Shown here: in pieces, positions 46,746-56,910 of the stretch
How the letters are laid out: every line of letters begins with the position of its first letter
How positions within the stretch are numbered: position 1 is the first letter of the stretch
Source: Candidatus Gastranaerophilales bacterium
Lineage (GTDB): Bacteria > Cyanobacteriota > Vampirovibrionia > Gastranaerophilales > Gastranaerophilaceae
Assembly (NCBI GenBank): GCA_947626225.1
Contig: CANQRH010000003.1
Coordinates: forward strand, 35,363 to 99,362
Reading direction: 5' to 3'
DNA: 64,000 nucleotides
The notes under the pieces: model-generated
Seen by the model: only the letters and a program-made list of their open reading frames with translations
What the model was told of the DNA's origin: nothing
Databases searched by the model: none
Translations under genes and position numbers: made by a program

Positions 46746-46781
46746 ATAAGCATATTTATGCTTATAAAAGCATATTTATGC
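46746..46781. promoter_or_regulatory. two copies of the 12-bp palindrome GCATATTTATGC (46750-46761, 46770-46781), a candidate operator pair
   Basis: Direct reading. The copies are 20 bp centre to centre, between the divergent HTH gene and the pilin-like gene. Confidence 0.4.
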
Positions 46782-46810
46782 GTTTTAAATTAAGCGGAAA
46801 GCAGGTAAGT

Positions 46811-47515
46811 ATGGGAATTAAAAAGAAATTTGGGTTCACTCTGGCGGAAGTTTTGATAACCTTAGGGATAATCGGTGTAGTGGCAGCATTAACTATACCT
46901 GCTTTGATTAACAATTATCGTGCTGTTGAAATGAAAACAAGATTTGACAAAGCTTATTCCGTTATAAGCCAAGCTTTTGAACTTATGAAAATTGATAATG
47001 AAGGATATGTTGACGGAAGAAATTATTCCGGACAAACATTTGTTCCTGTTTTCCAACGGTATTTTAAAACCGTACAAGCCGGACAGGTAAACTATGCTAA
47101 AGGTTTACCAACCTACAGAAATTTTGCCGGAAATGCGAATTTCAATCAATATTTTCTTGATGACGGTACTTTGCGCCTGGCTGACGGAATATTAATTTTT
47201 ATTGAAAATCCTTTTATATATGCTGATACTCAGTATAACGCTCATGTTTATATTTTTGCGGACATTAACGGTCTTAAAAAACCGAATATGGCAGGGAAGG
47301 ATTTGTTTGGATTTCAGGTTACCGATAACAAACTTATTCCTATGGGAGCAAATGACAATGCCATTCAAAAAGACAGTTATTTTGGTAACGGCACTTCCGG
47401 AAATGATGAGGATGATTGGTGCAATGAAACAAGTAAATCCCCATATAACGGGTTAAGCTGTACTTATAAAGCACTTAATGATAAAAATTATTTTAAAAAA
47501 ATATTCAAGAAATGA
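46811..47515 (+). CDS. prepilin-type N-terminal domain protein (pilin/pseudopilin-like)
   Basis: MGIKKKFG|FTLAEVLITLGIIGVVAALTIPALI. Start moved to ATG 46811, giving a short basic leader and G at -1. The listed ORF starts at 46736. Confidence 0.8.
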   Translation: MGIKKKFGFTLAEVLITLGIIGVVAALTIPALINNYRAVEMKTRFDKAYSVISQAFELMKIDNEGYVDGRNYSGQTFVPVFQRYFKTVQAGQVNYAKGLPTYRNFAGNANFNQYFLDDGTLRLADGILIFIENPFIYADTQYNAHVYIFADINGLKKPNMAGKDLFGFQVTDNKLIPMGANDNAIQKDSYFGNGTSGNDEDDWCNETSKSPYNGLSCTYKALNDKNYFKKIFKK

Positions 47516-47590
47516 TATTAATGGTTCTTTGCACCGAATAAAAGTAATATTCAAATTTTTATGATATAATTTTTCCGAAAGGGAGAAGTC

Positions 47591-48607
47591 ATGAAAAAGC
47601 CAAATATAGCAATTCTCGGAGCAACAGGTGTTGTAGGAAGAGAAATCACAAAAATTACCGATGAGCTAAAAATAGATTTCGGTGAAATAAAATTTTTATC
47701 CAGCGCAAAATCAGCGGGAACAAAGTACGATTTTCAAGGCAGAACATACATTGTTGAAGAAGCAAAACCGGAGAGTTTTGACAATGTTAATATCGTGCTT
47801 GCCTCCGCAGGCGCATCAACTTCTCAAAAATTTGCACCCGAAATTGTTAAACGCGGCGGGGTTTTGATTGATAATTCATCTGCTTTCAGAATGGAAAAAG
47901 ATGTTCCGCTTGTTATAGCGGGAGTTAACGATAGTGATTTGAAATCTCATAAAGGAATTATCGCAAATCCGAACTGTTCAACATCACAATTAATGCTTGT
48001 TTTAAAACCGTTACACGACAAGGCGAAAATTAAAAGGCTTATCGTTTCAACCTATCAAGCGGTATCGGGTGCCGGACTTGCCGCAATAAATGAGCTTAGC
48101 GAAAATACAAAAGCATCACTTGCAAAACAAGAGTTTCAAAACAAATGTTTTAAAAAGCCCATTGCATTCAACGTAATTCCGCAAATAGACGTATTCTGCG
48201 AAAACGGATACGCAAAAGAGGAAATGAAGGTTGTTAACGAAACAAAAAAAATTCTTCATCTTCCCGAAGACTTACCGATTTCCTGTACCGCCGCAAGGGT
48301 TCCCGTCTTTAACGGACACTCGGAAGCCGTTGATATTGAATTTGAAAAAAGCATCTCACCAGATGAAGTCAGAGAAATTCTTAAAAATGCTTATGGTGTA
48401 AAAGTTATTGATAATCCCGAAAACTATGAATATCCCACAACATGTGATGCATCGGGAGTAAACCCTGTATTTGCGGGAAGAATAAGGAAAAACCTTGCAT
48501 TTGAAAACGGAATTTCTTTATGGTGTGTGGCTGATAACCTCAGAATAGGCGCTGCTTTAAACACGGTAAGAATTTGTCAAAAAGTTATTGAATGGCATCT
48601 GTACTAA
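47591..48607 (+). CDS. asd: aspartate-semialdehyde dehydrogenase
   Basis: IAILGATGVVG, active-site ANPNCST, SGAG. Confidence 0.95.
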   Translation: MKKPNIAILGATGVVGREITKITDELKIDFGEIKFLSSAKSAGTKYDFQGRTYIVEEAKPESFDNVNIVLASAGASTSQKFAPEIVKRGGVLIDNSSAFRMEKDVPLVIAGVNDSDLKSHKGIIANPNCSTSQLMLVLKPLHDKAKIKRLIVSTYQAVSGAGLAAINELSENTKASLAKQEFQNKCFKKPIAFNVIPQIDVFCENGYAKEEMKVVNETKKILHLPEDLPISCTAARVPVFNGHSEAVDIEFEKSISPDEVREILKNAYGVKVIDNPENYEYPTTCDASGVNPVFAGRIRKNLAFENGISLWCVADNLRIGAALNTVRICQKVIEWHLY

Positions 48608-49710
48608 ATAATAAATTTGCCGTTTTCATATATTAAAACATCATCAGCGAAAATCTTTCCGCCGTTTTTCATGTTTTTAATCATATCCCAATGCAGACCG
48701 GAAACATTTTTTCCTCCGGTTTCCGGATACGATGCACCGACTGCCATATGTATGGAACCGCCGATTTTTTCATCAAACAAAATATTTCCCGTAACTTCGC
48801 AAATTTCATCATTTGTACCTATTGCTATTTCGCCGATACCTTTTGAACCTTCGTCCATATTGAACATTGCTTCAAGATAATCTCTGCCCGTTTCGGCTTC
48901 AAATTTCACTATTCTGCCGTTTTCAATCCAAAGATGAACTCCGGTTGCACTGTTCCCGCGATAATTTTGAGGAAAATCAAAATAAATCTCTCCGTTAATA
49001 TCATCTTCAACGGGTGATGTAAAGACTTCACCGTCAGGATAGTTGTTTAAACCCGAACAGCTAATCCATTTTCTGCCTTCAACCCCGAAAGTTATATCTG
49101 TCTTTTCACCGGTTATTCTGACCTTTTTAACCCCGTTTAAATATTCCGCCCATCCGCTCTGCTTTTTATCAAGCTCTTTAAGCTTTTCAACCGGATTTTC
49201 ATTATCAAGATAACAGGATTTGAAAAGAAATTCGCTGTATTCATCAAAGGACATTTTGGCTTCCTGTGCCAGTGCATGAGTCGGGACATCCGCAACAACC
49301 CATTTGGCATCACCTTTTGCGGACCTTTCCATAAGCATTGTTGAAAGTTCTCTTGAGGCTTTTGAACGTCTGCCCGTCTTTGCCAAATCGGCCCGTGCCA
49401 TATTTTTAGTATTCATCGGTGCACCGATAGAGATGAATTTGTCAATAATTTCATATTCCTTTTTTACAATCGGATCTATAAAATCAAGCTGTTCATCCGA
49501 TGCAAGTTTTATAAAAATATCCGACATATCTTCATAAGATGTTCTCAAAATAGGATGAGCACCTTTTTCAAGCACTCGTTTATAAAGAGCTTTTACCAAA
49601 TCTTTGGCATAAATACTTGCGGCTCTAATCTGTACCAAATCACCCTTTTTAACATCAACGGAATAATCCGCAAGCACTTCGGCGTACTTGTCCCAAATTG
49701 TTTTTTGCAT
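48604..49710 (-). CDS. M29-family aminopeptidase (AmpS/PepS-like)
   Basis: Size and N-terminus (DKYAEVLADYSVDVKKGDLV) and C-terminus (GGSIHMAVG...HWDM) are typical of aminopeptidase T/S. Confidence 0.7.
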   Translation of the reverse strand: MQKTIWDKYAEVLADYSVDVKKGDLVQIRAASIYAKDLVKALYKRVLEKGAHPILRTSYEDMSDIFIKLASDEQLDFIDPIVKKEYEIIDKFISIGAPMNTKNMARADLAKTGRRSKASRELSTMLMERSAKGDAKWVVADVPTHALAQEAKMSFDEYSEFLFKSCYLDNENPVEKLKELDKKQSGWAEYLNGVKKVRITGEKTDITFGVEGRKWISCSGLNNYPDGEVFTSPVEDDINGEIYFDFPQNYRGNSATGVHLWIENGRIVKFEAETGRDYLEAMFNMDEGSKGIGEIAIGTNDEICEVTGNILFDEKIGGSIHMAVGASYPETGGKNVSGLHWDMIKNMKNGGKIFADDVLIYENGKFII

Positions 49711-50513
49711 TAGTCCTCCAAAGATTCATGACCGCTTTTGTGCGTTTTTAAAAGCACTCCGCGTTTTGAAGTTTGAATAAACTCTATCATTTTTTCGATA
49801 TATTCATTCATCGGAATTTCCGCTTTTATTTTCTCAATTGCCTGAGATGTGTTGTATTCTTCCGAAATCAAAAGTTTAAATGCGTCATTTGTTGCTGTTC
49901 TGACATCTTGAGGAACACCTCTGCGCTTCATGGCAATAACATTCAAACCTCTCGGAACAGGCGGTCTGCCTTCGCCTTTGGAATAAGGCAGGATATCCTG
50001 ACGGGAAGCCGAAAATCCGCTGATAATAGCCATATCACCAATTCTTATATTCTGATGGAATACGCTCATTCCGCCGACAAATGCCCCGAACCCGACATGT
50101 ACGTGGCCGCCGAGAGTAACGAGGTTTGCAAGAATAACTTCATCCGCCAAAACACAGTTATGAGCAACATGAGAACCTACCATAAGCAGACATTTTTTAC
50201 CTATTCTTGTAGTAAAATCTCCGCAGGCAGCGCCTCTGTGAACAGTAACATTTTCTTTAATTATAGTGCCGTCACCTATAACAACTTTTGTCGGTTCACC
50301 TTTATACCCCAAATCCTGAGGTTCGGAGCCTATTGTTGCAAACGGTGATATTGTACAATTGTCGCCGATTTCGGCAAATTCAATATGAGCATTTGAAATA
50401 ACTCTTGTACCGTGTCCGACAGTTACATTTTCGCCGATTACAACATACGGTCCTATAACCGCATCATCAGCTATTTTTGCGGACGGATGAATAATTGCTG
50501 TTTTGTCTATCAT
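49710..50513 (-). CDS. lpxA: acyl-ACP--UDP-N-acetylglucosamine O-acyltransferase
   Basis: MIDKTAIIHPSAKI plus hexapeptide repeats. Start at ATG 50513. Confidence 0.9.
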   Translation of the reverse strand: MIDKTAIIHPSAKIADDAVIGPYVVIGENVTVGHGTRVISNAHIEFAEIGDNCTISPFATIGSEPQDLGYKGEPTKVVIGDGTIIKENVTVHRGAACGDFTTRIGKKCLLMVGSHVAHNCVLADEVILANLVTLGGHVHVGFGAFVGGMSVFHQNIRIGDMAIISGFSASRQDILPYSKGEGRPPVPRGLNVIAMKRRGVPQDVRTATNDAFKLLISEEYNTSQAIEKIKAEIPMNEYIEKMIEFIQTSKRGVLLKTHKSGHESLED

Positions 50514-50599
50514 AAATCTTTCCCTCTCTTTGTATCCATTATAATATAAATTCCTGCAAAACAGCATATATTTATATTATTTTAATAACACATGCATTT

Positions 50600-51046
50600 T
50601 TATTTCAAAGCAAATGTCATATCGGCTTCAACGCAGATTTTACCATCAACTTTTCCTACCCCGTGTGCCTTGCATATAGGGCCTTTTACCTTAACAAGTT
50701 CGACTTCCATATCAAATCTGTCGCCCGGTCTTACGATATTTTTAAATCTTACGCCGTCAACTCCCGCATAAAGAGTTAATTTTCCTTTAAATTCAGGCAT
50801 AGTCATTAAAATCGGAGCAGAACACTGAGCCATTGCTTCTAACTGAAGTACACCGGGCATAATCGGGTTGTTAGGAAAATGTCCCTGAAAGAAGGCTTCA
50901 TTCATAGTCATATTTTTGTAGCCTTTTGCACTTTTACCGGGAATGCATTCGGTTATTCTGTCTACAAGCAAAAACGGATAACGATGAGGAATCATTTTCA
51001 TAATATCCGTTACATCAAAACTCATTACTTCTGTTGCTTCTGTCAT
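50600..51046 (-). CDS. fabZ: 3-hydroxyacyl-ACP dehydratase
   Basis: IPHRYPFLLVDRI...FFQGHFP. Confidence 0.95.
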   Translation of the reverse strand: MTEATEVMSFDVTDIMKMIPHRYPFLLVDRITECIPGKSAKGYKNMTMNEAFFQGHFPNNPIMPGVLQLEAMAQCSAPILMTMPEFKGKLTLYAGVDGVRFKNIVRPGDRFDMEVELVKVKGPICKAHGVGKVDGKICVEADMTFALK

Positions 51047-51061
51047 TTTTTCTCTCCTTTA

Positions 51062-51877
51062 TTATTTACATTCAATTAATTTATCTTTTAACATCTTTGC
51101 GGTTTTTATATGAACCGCATGCCCTGCCTCTTTTACAAGGATTTGGCATTTCAAGTTCAGCGGGTTTATACCTGTTAAATAAAAATCCCCGATTAAATCA
51201 AGAATTTTATGTTTAATCGGTTCGCAATCAGAGCGCAAATCCGATGTGTAACCGTCATCAGTCAAACCCAAAGTATTTTCTATAGTAACCCCGCGTGCAA
51301 AACCGAGCATCTGAAATTTTTTCAAATCTTTGTAAAATCCGAAAGTTCGAGCCTCTATAATTTCTTCTTTGTTTTTCGGATTGTAAGCAACCCAGCGCCT
51401 TGTCAAATCAGGATGATTATAATTTACGGAATAAGAAATATAAAGTTCATCGGAAGGCAAAACAACAAGGCTTGTTTTACCGTTCAGATAATATACGGGC
51501 TCACACACCGTGTAAGATTTTTGTCTTTGAAACAAATGTTTTTCCACACCTGCTTTTTTAAAAAGTTCAACCCATTGTTTTGAGCTTCCGTCAAGTGCCG
51601 GAACTTCTTCTTCATCCATATAAATATCGACACTGTCAATACCTGCAAATGCCAGAGCTGCGGTAAGATGTTCCGTAAGCATTGCACTGCCTTTTTTATT
51701 GCCCAAAACAACACAATGTTCTGTAGACAGGACATTTTCAACATCCGCATCAAAAGACACACCTTTGACAAAATATCTTATCCTGCCTTCATTTGACGGG
51801 CAAAATTTTACGGTACACGGCTTATTTTTCATTAATCCGTTTCCGGATATTGAAATTTCTTTAAGAATTGTGGTCAT
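51062..51877 (-). CDS. lpxC: UDP-3-O-acyl-N-acetylglucosamine deacetylase
   Basis: [35 protein letters not shown] 51877 is preferred over the listed TTG 51895. Confidence 0.9.
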   Translation of the reverse strand: MTTILKEISISGNGLMKNKPCTVKFCPSNEGRIRYFVKGVSFDADVENVLSTEHCVVLGNKKGSAMLTEHLTAALAFAGIDSVDIYMDEEEVPALDGSSKQWVELFKKAGVEKHLFQRQKSYTVCEPVYYLNGKTSLVVLPSDELYISYSVNYNHPDLTRRWVAYNPKNKEEIIEARTFGFYKDLKKFQMLGFARGVTIENTLGLTDDGYTSDLRSDCEPIKHKILDLIGDFYLTGINPLNLKCQILVKEAGHAVHIKTAKMLKDKLIECK

Positions 51878-52964
51878 TATTAATGCTGTCCTCAAATTCT
51901 TTCAGCATAGGTTCGTATTTTCTGAATTTAGCAAATATTTCCTGTGCATCTTTCATGGTTTTAAGCTGTTTTATAAAATCTTTTCTCGGCATTGCGGGAA
52001 TACCGACAACAATCGATTTTTCAGGGAAAGATTTTGTAACACCGGCTTTTGCGGTAATAATTGTATCCGAACCGATTTCGATATGATCCGCAAGACCGGC
52101 CTGACCTGCAATTACAACTCGGTCACCGATTACACAGCTTCCTGCAATGCCGACCTGTGAAACTATCAAACATCCTTGTCCGACTTTACAGTTATGACCA
52201 ATCATTACCAAATCATCAATTTTAGTATTATCACCGATTGTGGTATTTTCAATAGTTCCTCTGTCGATTGTCGAGTTAGCTCCGATTTCAACATTGTTAC
52301 CTATCACAACGGAACCGATTGAAGGGATTTTGAAGATAACATGTTTAGAATTAGTTTCTTTAATTTCGCCATCTTTTCTTGCCTGTTCAATGTTATCGGG
52401 ATTTTCGGTCACAAAGCTGAAACCGTCCGCACCCAGAGAAACTCCGTGGTGAAGAATTACATCATTTCCGACTTTAACCCTGTCGCCTATATTTACACCG
52501 GGGTGGAACAAGCAGTTTTTGCCGATAACCGCGCCGCTTCCGATATAAGAATTGGCAAGGATTTTGGTATTATCCCCGATAAATGCGTCACGTCCGATAA
52601 CTACATTAGGTCCGATTTGAACATTTTCACCGAGTTTTGCCGTTTCATGAACCGTTGCAGAAGGGTGAACTCCTTTATTAACCTCGGGTGCAGAGTAAAA
52701 CATATTTAAAAGTTTCATCATTGCAAGCCTTGGTCTTTCAACTTCAATCGTTGTCAAATTAGGAATTTGAACCCCCAAAGGTACAAGAGCGGCTTTAGCA
52801 TTTGATTTTGCGAGATTAGCAATCTCATCTTCACCGAGTGCAAGTGCAAGTGTATTGGCATCCGCAAGCAAAGGCGGTGCAATCTGTGAAATCTCGGCAT
52901 CTTGTACTTTGGTAAGCATACCGCCGGTAATATGTGTAATCTCTTCTAATGTAAATGTTGGCAT
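51861..52964 (-). CDS. lpxD: UDP-3-O-(3-hydroxyacyl)glucosamine N-acyltransferase
   Basis: N-terminal LpxD domain plus a long hexapeptide-repeat region. Position in the lpxD-lpxC-fabZ-lpxA cluster supports the call. Confidence 0.9.
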   Translation of the reverse strand: MPTFTLEEITHITGGMLTKVQDAEISQIAPPLLADANTLALALGEDEIANLAKSNAKAALVPLGVQIPNLTTIEVERPRLAMMKLLNMFYSAPEVNKGVHPSATVHETAKLGENVQIGPNVVIGRDAFIGDNTKILANSYIGSGAVIGKNCLFHPGVNIGDRVKVGNDVILHHGVSLGADGFSFVTENPDNIEQARKDGEIKETNSKHVIFKIPSIGSVVIGNNVEIGANSTIDRGTIENTTIGDNTKIDDLVMIGHNCKVGQGCLIVSQVGIAGSCVIGDRVVIAGQAGLADHIEIGSDTIITAKAGVTKSFPEKSIVVGIPAMPRKDFIKQLKTMKDAQEIFAKFRKYEPMLKEFEDSINNDHNS

Positions 52965-53031
52965 AATTTATCTCCTTAGTTTATAATTTATTTTATATTT
53001 ATAATTTATTGAGGCAGATACAAAAATATGA

Positions 53032-53502
53032 TTAACCGCCTTTCATTTTATTAATTATATTTGTTGTTGATTTTCCTTCCACAAAGTCTATAAACTCAAC
53101 TCTTGTCCCGTTTTTTTTCATTATATCCGCTTCGGGAAGCGTTTCCGTTGTATAATCCGCACCTTTAGTATACACATCGGGTTTAATTTCATCTAAAAGA
53201 TTCCTCGGACTATCCTCATCAAATAATACCACATAATCAACACAACTCAAAGCGCTTAATATTTCCGCGCGGTCATTTTCGTTATTAAGGGGACGGGAAG
53301 GTCCTTTTATCGAATGTACTGACTTATCCGAATTTAACAAAACTATCAGGACATCCGCAAAACTTTTGGATTTTTCAAGATATCTTACATGACCGACATG
53401 CAGAATATCAAAACAGCCGTTTGTAACCGCAACGGTCTTTCCGCTCTTTTGCAATTCGCGGACAAAACCGGTTATGTCCTTTCTTCTTACAACTTGTCCC
53501 AT
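53032..53502 (-). CDS. D-beta-D-heptose 1-phosphate adenylyltransferase-like cytidylyltransferase (RfaE/HldE domain II type)
   Basis: TNGCFDILHVGHVRYL nucleotidyltransferase motif, about 156 aa. Confidence 0.7.
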   Translation of the reverse strand: MGQVVRRKDITGFVRELQKSGKTVAVTNGCFDILHVGHVRYLEKSKSFADVLIVLLNSDKSVHSIKGPSRPLNNENDRAEILSALSCVDYVVLFDEDSPRNLLDEIKPDVYTKGADYTTETLPEADIMKKNGTRVEFIDFVEGKSTTNIINKMKGG

Positions 53503-53562
53503 ACTCCCGATTATACAATAAAAAATAATATTAAACCGAATGTTATTAACAAAAAGTAATAA

Positions 53563-54420
53563 TTATAATATCAATTTCATGCTCAAGGTTTCGACTATGG
53601 TTTGAATATTCATATTTAATGCATTTTCTCTTTTTGCCTGTTCAATTGCTTTTATATCGGATATCAACTTGTTTTTTAAAGCGGAATTTGAAGCCGATTT
53701 CAAAAGCATTTCAATATAATTTTGCATCTGTGAAAATACTTCATCGGCAACTTCATATTTCAAAAGCGAATTAATTTTATCGTTAAAATCCAAAACTTCG
53801 CTGCGATCCAATTCCAAATAGCCGTCCATAATTTCATTAACAAGCTCAAAATCTCTGTTTTCTTCATTTATTGAAGGCACATAAAAACTTTGAGAGCGTG
53901 AAACCACAGTATTAATCATATCCGACTTGTCTTTTGTCAAAAAGAAAAAAGTCGTATCGGAAGGCGGTTCTTCAAGAGTTTTCAATAATGCGTTTGCAGT
54001 TTCCGCCTGAAAGTTCTGCTCATTTAAACCGCTGATATTTTCGTACTTATCTCTGTCGCAAAATATTAAAACTCTGTGATAATCGGAAGTTACAAGCAGG
54101 TCATTTTTAATTCTTCTTGCCTGTTCAATAGAAATAACAGTTTTTGAAGTATCATCGGACGGTTTGTTATCAAGTCTTGAAATCGTTAAGACCGCCGGAT
54201 GTTTATTCTCTCTGATCCAATTGCAATTCAAACAACTGCAAGAGTCATCATGAGTGCCGGTGCAGTTTAGCATTCGTGCGATTTCCAGAGCTAAATCGTA
54301 TTGAGCCTGAATATCGGAGCCGTAAAATAATATACAATGCGATGTATTTTTATTTTTTACTGCATTTTCGAAATAATTAATTAAAAACGGTAATTTTTCT
54401 CTTATATCCTGCAATTTCAA
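53563..54420 (-). CDS. holB: DNA polymerase III delta-prime subunit
   Basis: Degenerate AAA+ fold, Zn module CTGTHDDSCSCLNCNW, LLKTLEEPP. Confidence 0.75.
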   Translation of the reverse strand: MKLQDIREKLPFLINYFENAVKNKNTSHCILFYGSDIQAQYDLALEIARMLNCTGTHDDSCSCLNCNWIRENKHPAVLTISRLDNKPSDDTSKTVISIEQARRIKNDLLVTSDYHRVLIFCDRDKYENISGLNEQNFQAETANALLKTLEEPPSDTTFFFLTKDKSDMINTVVSRSQSFYVPSINEENRDFELVNEIMDGYLELDRSEVLDFNDKINSLLKYEVADEVFSQMQNYIEMLLKSASNSALKNKLISDIKAIEQAKRENALNMNIQTIVETLSMKLIL

Positions 54421-55376
54421 CCTCTAAACAAAGCGTTTTCTATTTCTGTTTCAATATCTCCCGCCAAACCTGATTTAATTTTGTATTCGGTATCGGTAAG
54501 ATTTTGTTTAAGTTTAACCAAATCTTTGAGCGGTGTGTTTTTAAGATTTTTCAAAGTAAGTTTAACCACGTATTCATGCATACCCGTCATTTTTGACAGT
54601 TCAAAGGGCGAAAAATCAGCCGAACGGGCTTTTAACACAATCCATCTTCTAATCATGGATTGAAGCGTAGTAAGGATTTCGAGCGGATAACGGCTGTTCA
54701 AAAGTTTTCTGTACTCTTTTAATGCTTCGCCTTTACGGTTTTCCATAAGCAAGTCGGAAAATGCAAACAAATCTTCATTTGATACGCAGATTTCTTTAAT
54801 CATTTTGCCGTTAATATTTTTTTCGGGATACGCAAAAAGTTTAACTTTATCCAGTTCTTTGTCAATCTGTCTTAAATTGTTTCCCAGTTGTGTTATTATA
54901 GCCGTAAGTGCCGATTTGTCGAGTTTCAAATCTTTTTCTTTGGCAAATTTTAGAATTCTGTTTTCAAGCTCCGCGGTTTTGTAAGTCGGAATAAGAGAAA
55001 ACTCCCTTGAGTTAAAGCTTTTAAGAATTTTATAGAATCTTTTTCTTCCGTCAAGTTTTCTTCCGTCGTTTCTCACAAGTTTTGCGACAAAAACAATATC
55101 TACATTGTCGGTATTATCTTTTAAAGCTTTTTCTATTTCATCAAGCAAATCTTCGTTATGTAACTTTGAAAAATAATCAAGGCAATTTATCACGATAAGC
55201 ATTTTTCCGAACATCATCGGTTGAGAACGCAATATTGGGATTAAATCGGAAGCCTTGGGACAATCGTAAGTTTTAAAACTCATATCAATAAAATTTTTAT
55301 CGAGTCCTTTTTTAAGTTTTTCGATTTCCGAGTCGATATCGTAATCTTCTTCACCGTAAAAGAAATAAACTGCCAT
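54417..55376 (-). CDS. holA: DNA polymerase III delta subunit
   Basis: FYGEEDY N-terminus, size, and translational coupling to holB. Confidence 0.75.
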   Translation of the reverse strand: MAVYFFYGEEDYDIDSEIEKLKKGLDKNFIDMSFKTYDCPKASDLIPILRSQPMMFGKMLIVINCLDYFSKLHNEDLLDEIEKALKDNTDNVDIVFVAKLVRNDGRKLDGRKRFYKILKSFNSREFSLIPTYKTAELENRILKFAKEKDLKLDKSALTAIITQLGNNLRQIDKELDKVKLFAYPEKNINGKMIKEICVSNEDLFAFSDLLMENRKGEALKEYRKLLNSRYPLEILTTLQSMIRRWIVLKARSADFSPFELSKMTGMHEYVVKLTLKNLKNTPLKDLVKLKQNLTDTEYKIKSGLAGDIETEIENALFRG

Positions 55377-55415
55377 AATTATTTTTTATCATGAAATAAT
55401 AAAACTATCCAGTTA

Positions 55416-56363
55416 TTAACTTTCGATTAAAAGGCTTGCGCCGATAACTCCCGCGGTATTTCCAAGCTGAGCGGGAACGACTTGTACCGCTTCTCCGGCA
55501 ATTTTCATTGCGCGGCTTTTCAGAGTTTTTTTGAGCGGGTTAAGCAGTAAATCACCGGCATCAGCAACACCGCCGCCCACAATAATTCTTTCGGGATTTA
55601 AGAGGTTAACAACTCCGGCCATACCGATTCCGATATACTCGCCGATTGTGGCAAAAATTCTTTGTGCAACGGGATCTCCCGCCTTTGCGGCTTCGCAGAC
55701 GATATACGGAGTAATGGGATCTCTGTTAGCCATTTCACGGAACTTAGTGGATTTTCCGCCTCTGATATAATTTTCTGCCATGGCGACAATTGAAGGGCCT
55801 GAAGCAAAGGCTTCCATACAACCGGTGTCACCGCATCCGCAAATCGGGCCGTCATGCATTTGAAGTTTAATATGACCGATTTCTCCGGCAGCGTTGGAAG
55901 CGCCGCGTACAAGTTTTCCGTTAACAATCAATCCGGAACCGATGCCTGTGCCGACAGTAATGCAGATAAGATTTTCGCAGCCTTTCCCGGCGCCGTAATT
56001 CAGCTCACCGAGTGCCGCACATCTGACATCATTATCCACTCTTGTGGGGATATTAAACTCGTTTTCAATAAGCTCTGCTATAGGAACTTCAACCCATCCG
56101 GGGATATTCGGGGCATTTCTGACAATTCCGGCTTTGTAATCTACTTGCCCGGGGAACCCGAAGCCTATACCTTCGATATCTTTGGCATTAAGTTTTGTTT
56201 CTTTCAAAAGGTCACAGATAGCTTGTTTAATATTGCTGATAGTGTATTCATAACCCATTTCCGCGCGGGTAGGTACGGAATTTGAATATAAAATGCTTCC
56301 TTTTTCGTCAACAAGTGCAATCTTAACATTAGTCCCGCCTACATCAATTCCAATTCTGTTCAT
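55416..56363 (-). CDS. ROK-family glucokinase
   Basis: IGIDVGGTNVK, Zn motif GHIKL...CGCGDTGCMEAF. Confidence 0.85.
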   Translation of the reverse strand: MNRIGIDVGGTNVKIALVDEKGSILYSNSVPTRAEMGYEYTISNIKQAICDLLKETKLNAKDIEGIGFGFPGQVDYKAGIVRNAPNIPGWVEVPIAELIENEFNIPTRVDNDVRCAALGELNYGAGKGCENLICITVGTGIGSGLIVNGKLVRGASNAAGEIGHIKLQMHDGPICGCGDTGCMEAFASGPSIVAMAENYIRGGKSTKFREMANRDPITPYIVCEAAKAGDPVAQRIFATIGEYIGIGMAGVVNLLNPERIIVGGGVADAGDLLLNPLKKTLKSRAMKIAGEAVQVVPAQLGNTAGVIGASLLIES

Positions 56364-56435
56364 TTAATTTTTCTCCTTGATTTATATTTTATAACAAACA
56401 AAAAATTAATGTAAAAAGAGGAAAAAACTTTAAAC

Positions 56436-56768
56436 GCAAGCAGGTAAGCCGGAATTAGTACCTGCTCGCGTTAAACGGCAACGTCGTGCCTCTGCGATAG
56501 GGTAAAACGGATGTCTAAAGTATGAAAGATTGTTGACGCAGGGGGTAAAAAAAGAAAACTCCCGCCTGAAAGACGGGAGAGGAATGATATGTTAAGCTTT
56601 CCGCTTTACGCGGAGCTTAAGTTGAATGAGAACCTTTTTTAAATTTCGTTCGCGCAGCGAACCTATTTGAACCTAGCGCGAGTGAGCAGAGGGCGAAGGC
56701 TTGTCGACAAAATGACAAAGTCATTGCAGACGACAACCGTAGACCCGTTTAACGCGAACGAGCAAGAC
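56436..56768. other. GC-enriched, hairpin-dense non-coding spacer with internally repeated motifs, unassigned
   Basis: Inverted pair tttaaacgcaagcaggt / tacctgctcgcgttaaacg (56436-56477). Hairpin ctcccg..cgggag (56559-56579). Bulged hairpin 56592-56620. Related motifs at 56673-56691 and 56744-56766. Confidence 0.5.
56643..56663 (+). repeat. 21-nt hairpin motif atttcgttcgcgcagcgaacc, identical to 62442-62462
   Basis: Exact match read in both places. GTTCGC-GCA-GCGAAC forms a stem-loop. Confidence 0.9.
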
Positions 56769-56798
56769 ATAACTTAATAACTATTAACTTACTAACTT
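56769..56798 (+). repeat. array of TAAC(T/Y)T heptad/octad repeats
   Basis: ataactta-ataactat-taacttac-taactt. Confidence 0.7.
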
Positions 56799-56850
56799 TT
56801 ACACTAACAAGTTATTGTTCACTCCGCGACAGTCGGATTCTTTTAATTTT

Positions 56851-56907
56851 GTTCACGAAGTGAACCGTAACGAACTTAGTAACTACTAACTTAATAACTT
56901 AGTAACT
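56851..56907 (+). repeat. composite element of a hairpin (gttcac-gaa-gtgaac), cgtaacgaac and 5 x nnTAACTT, related to 62447-62513
   Basis: gttcacgaagtgaaccgtaacgaacttagtaactactaacttaataacttagtaactt. It abuts the stop codon of 56911-58689. Confidence 0.8.
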
Positions 56908-56910
56908 TCT

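Noticed and set aside
56436-56768. Retron msr/msd or DGR template region, suggested by inverted repeats flanking a structured GC-rich segment next to a variable-looking surface gene
   Set aside because: No reverse transcriptase gene lies anywhere in the window, and no TR/VR-type repeat pair with A-specific mismatches was found. It is kept only as an unassigned structured spacer.
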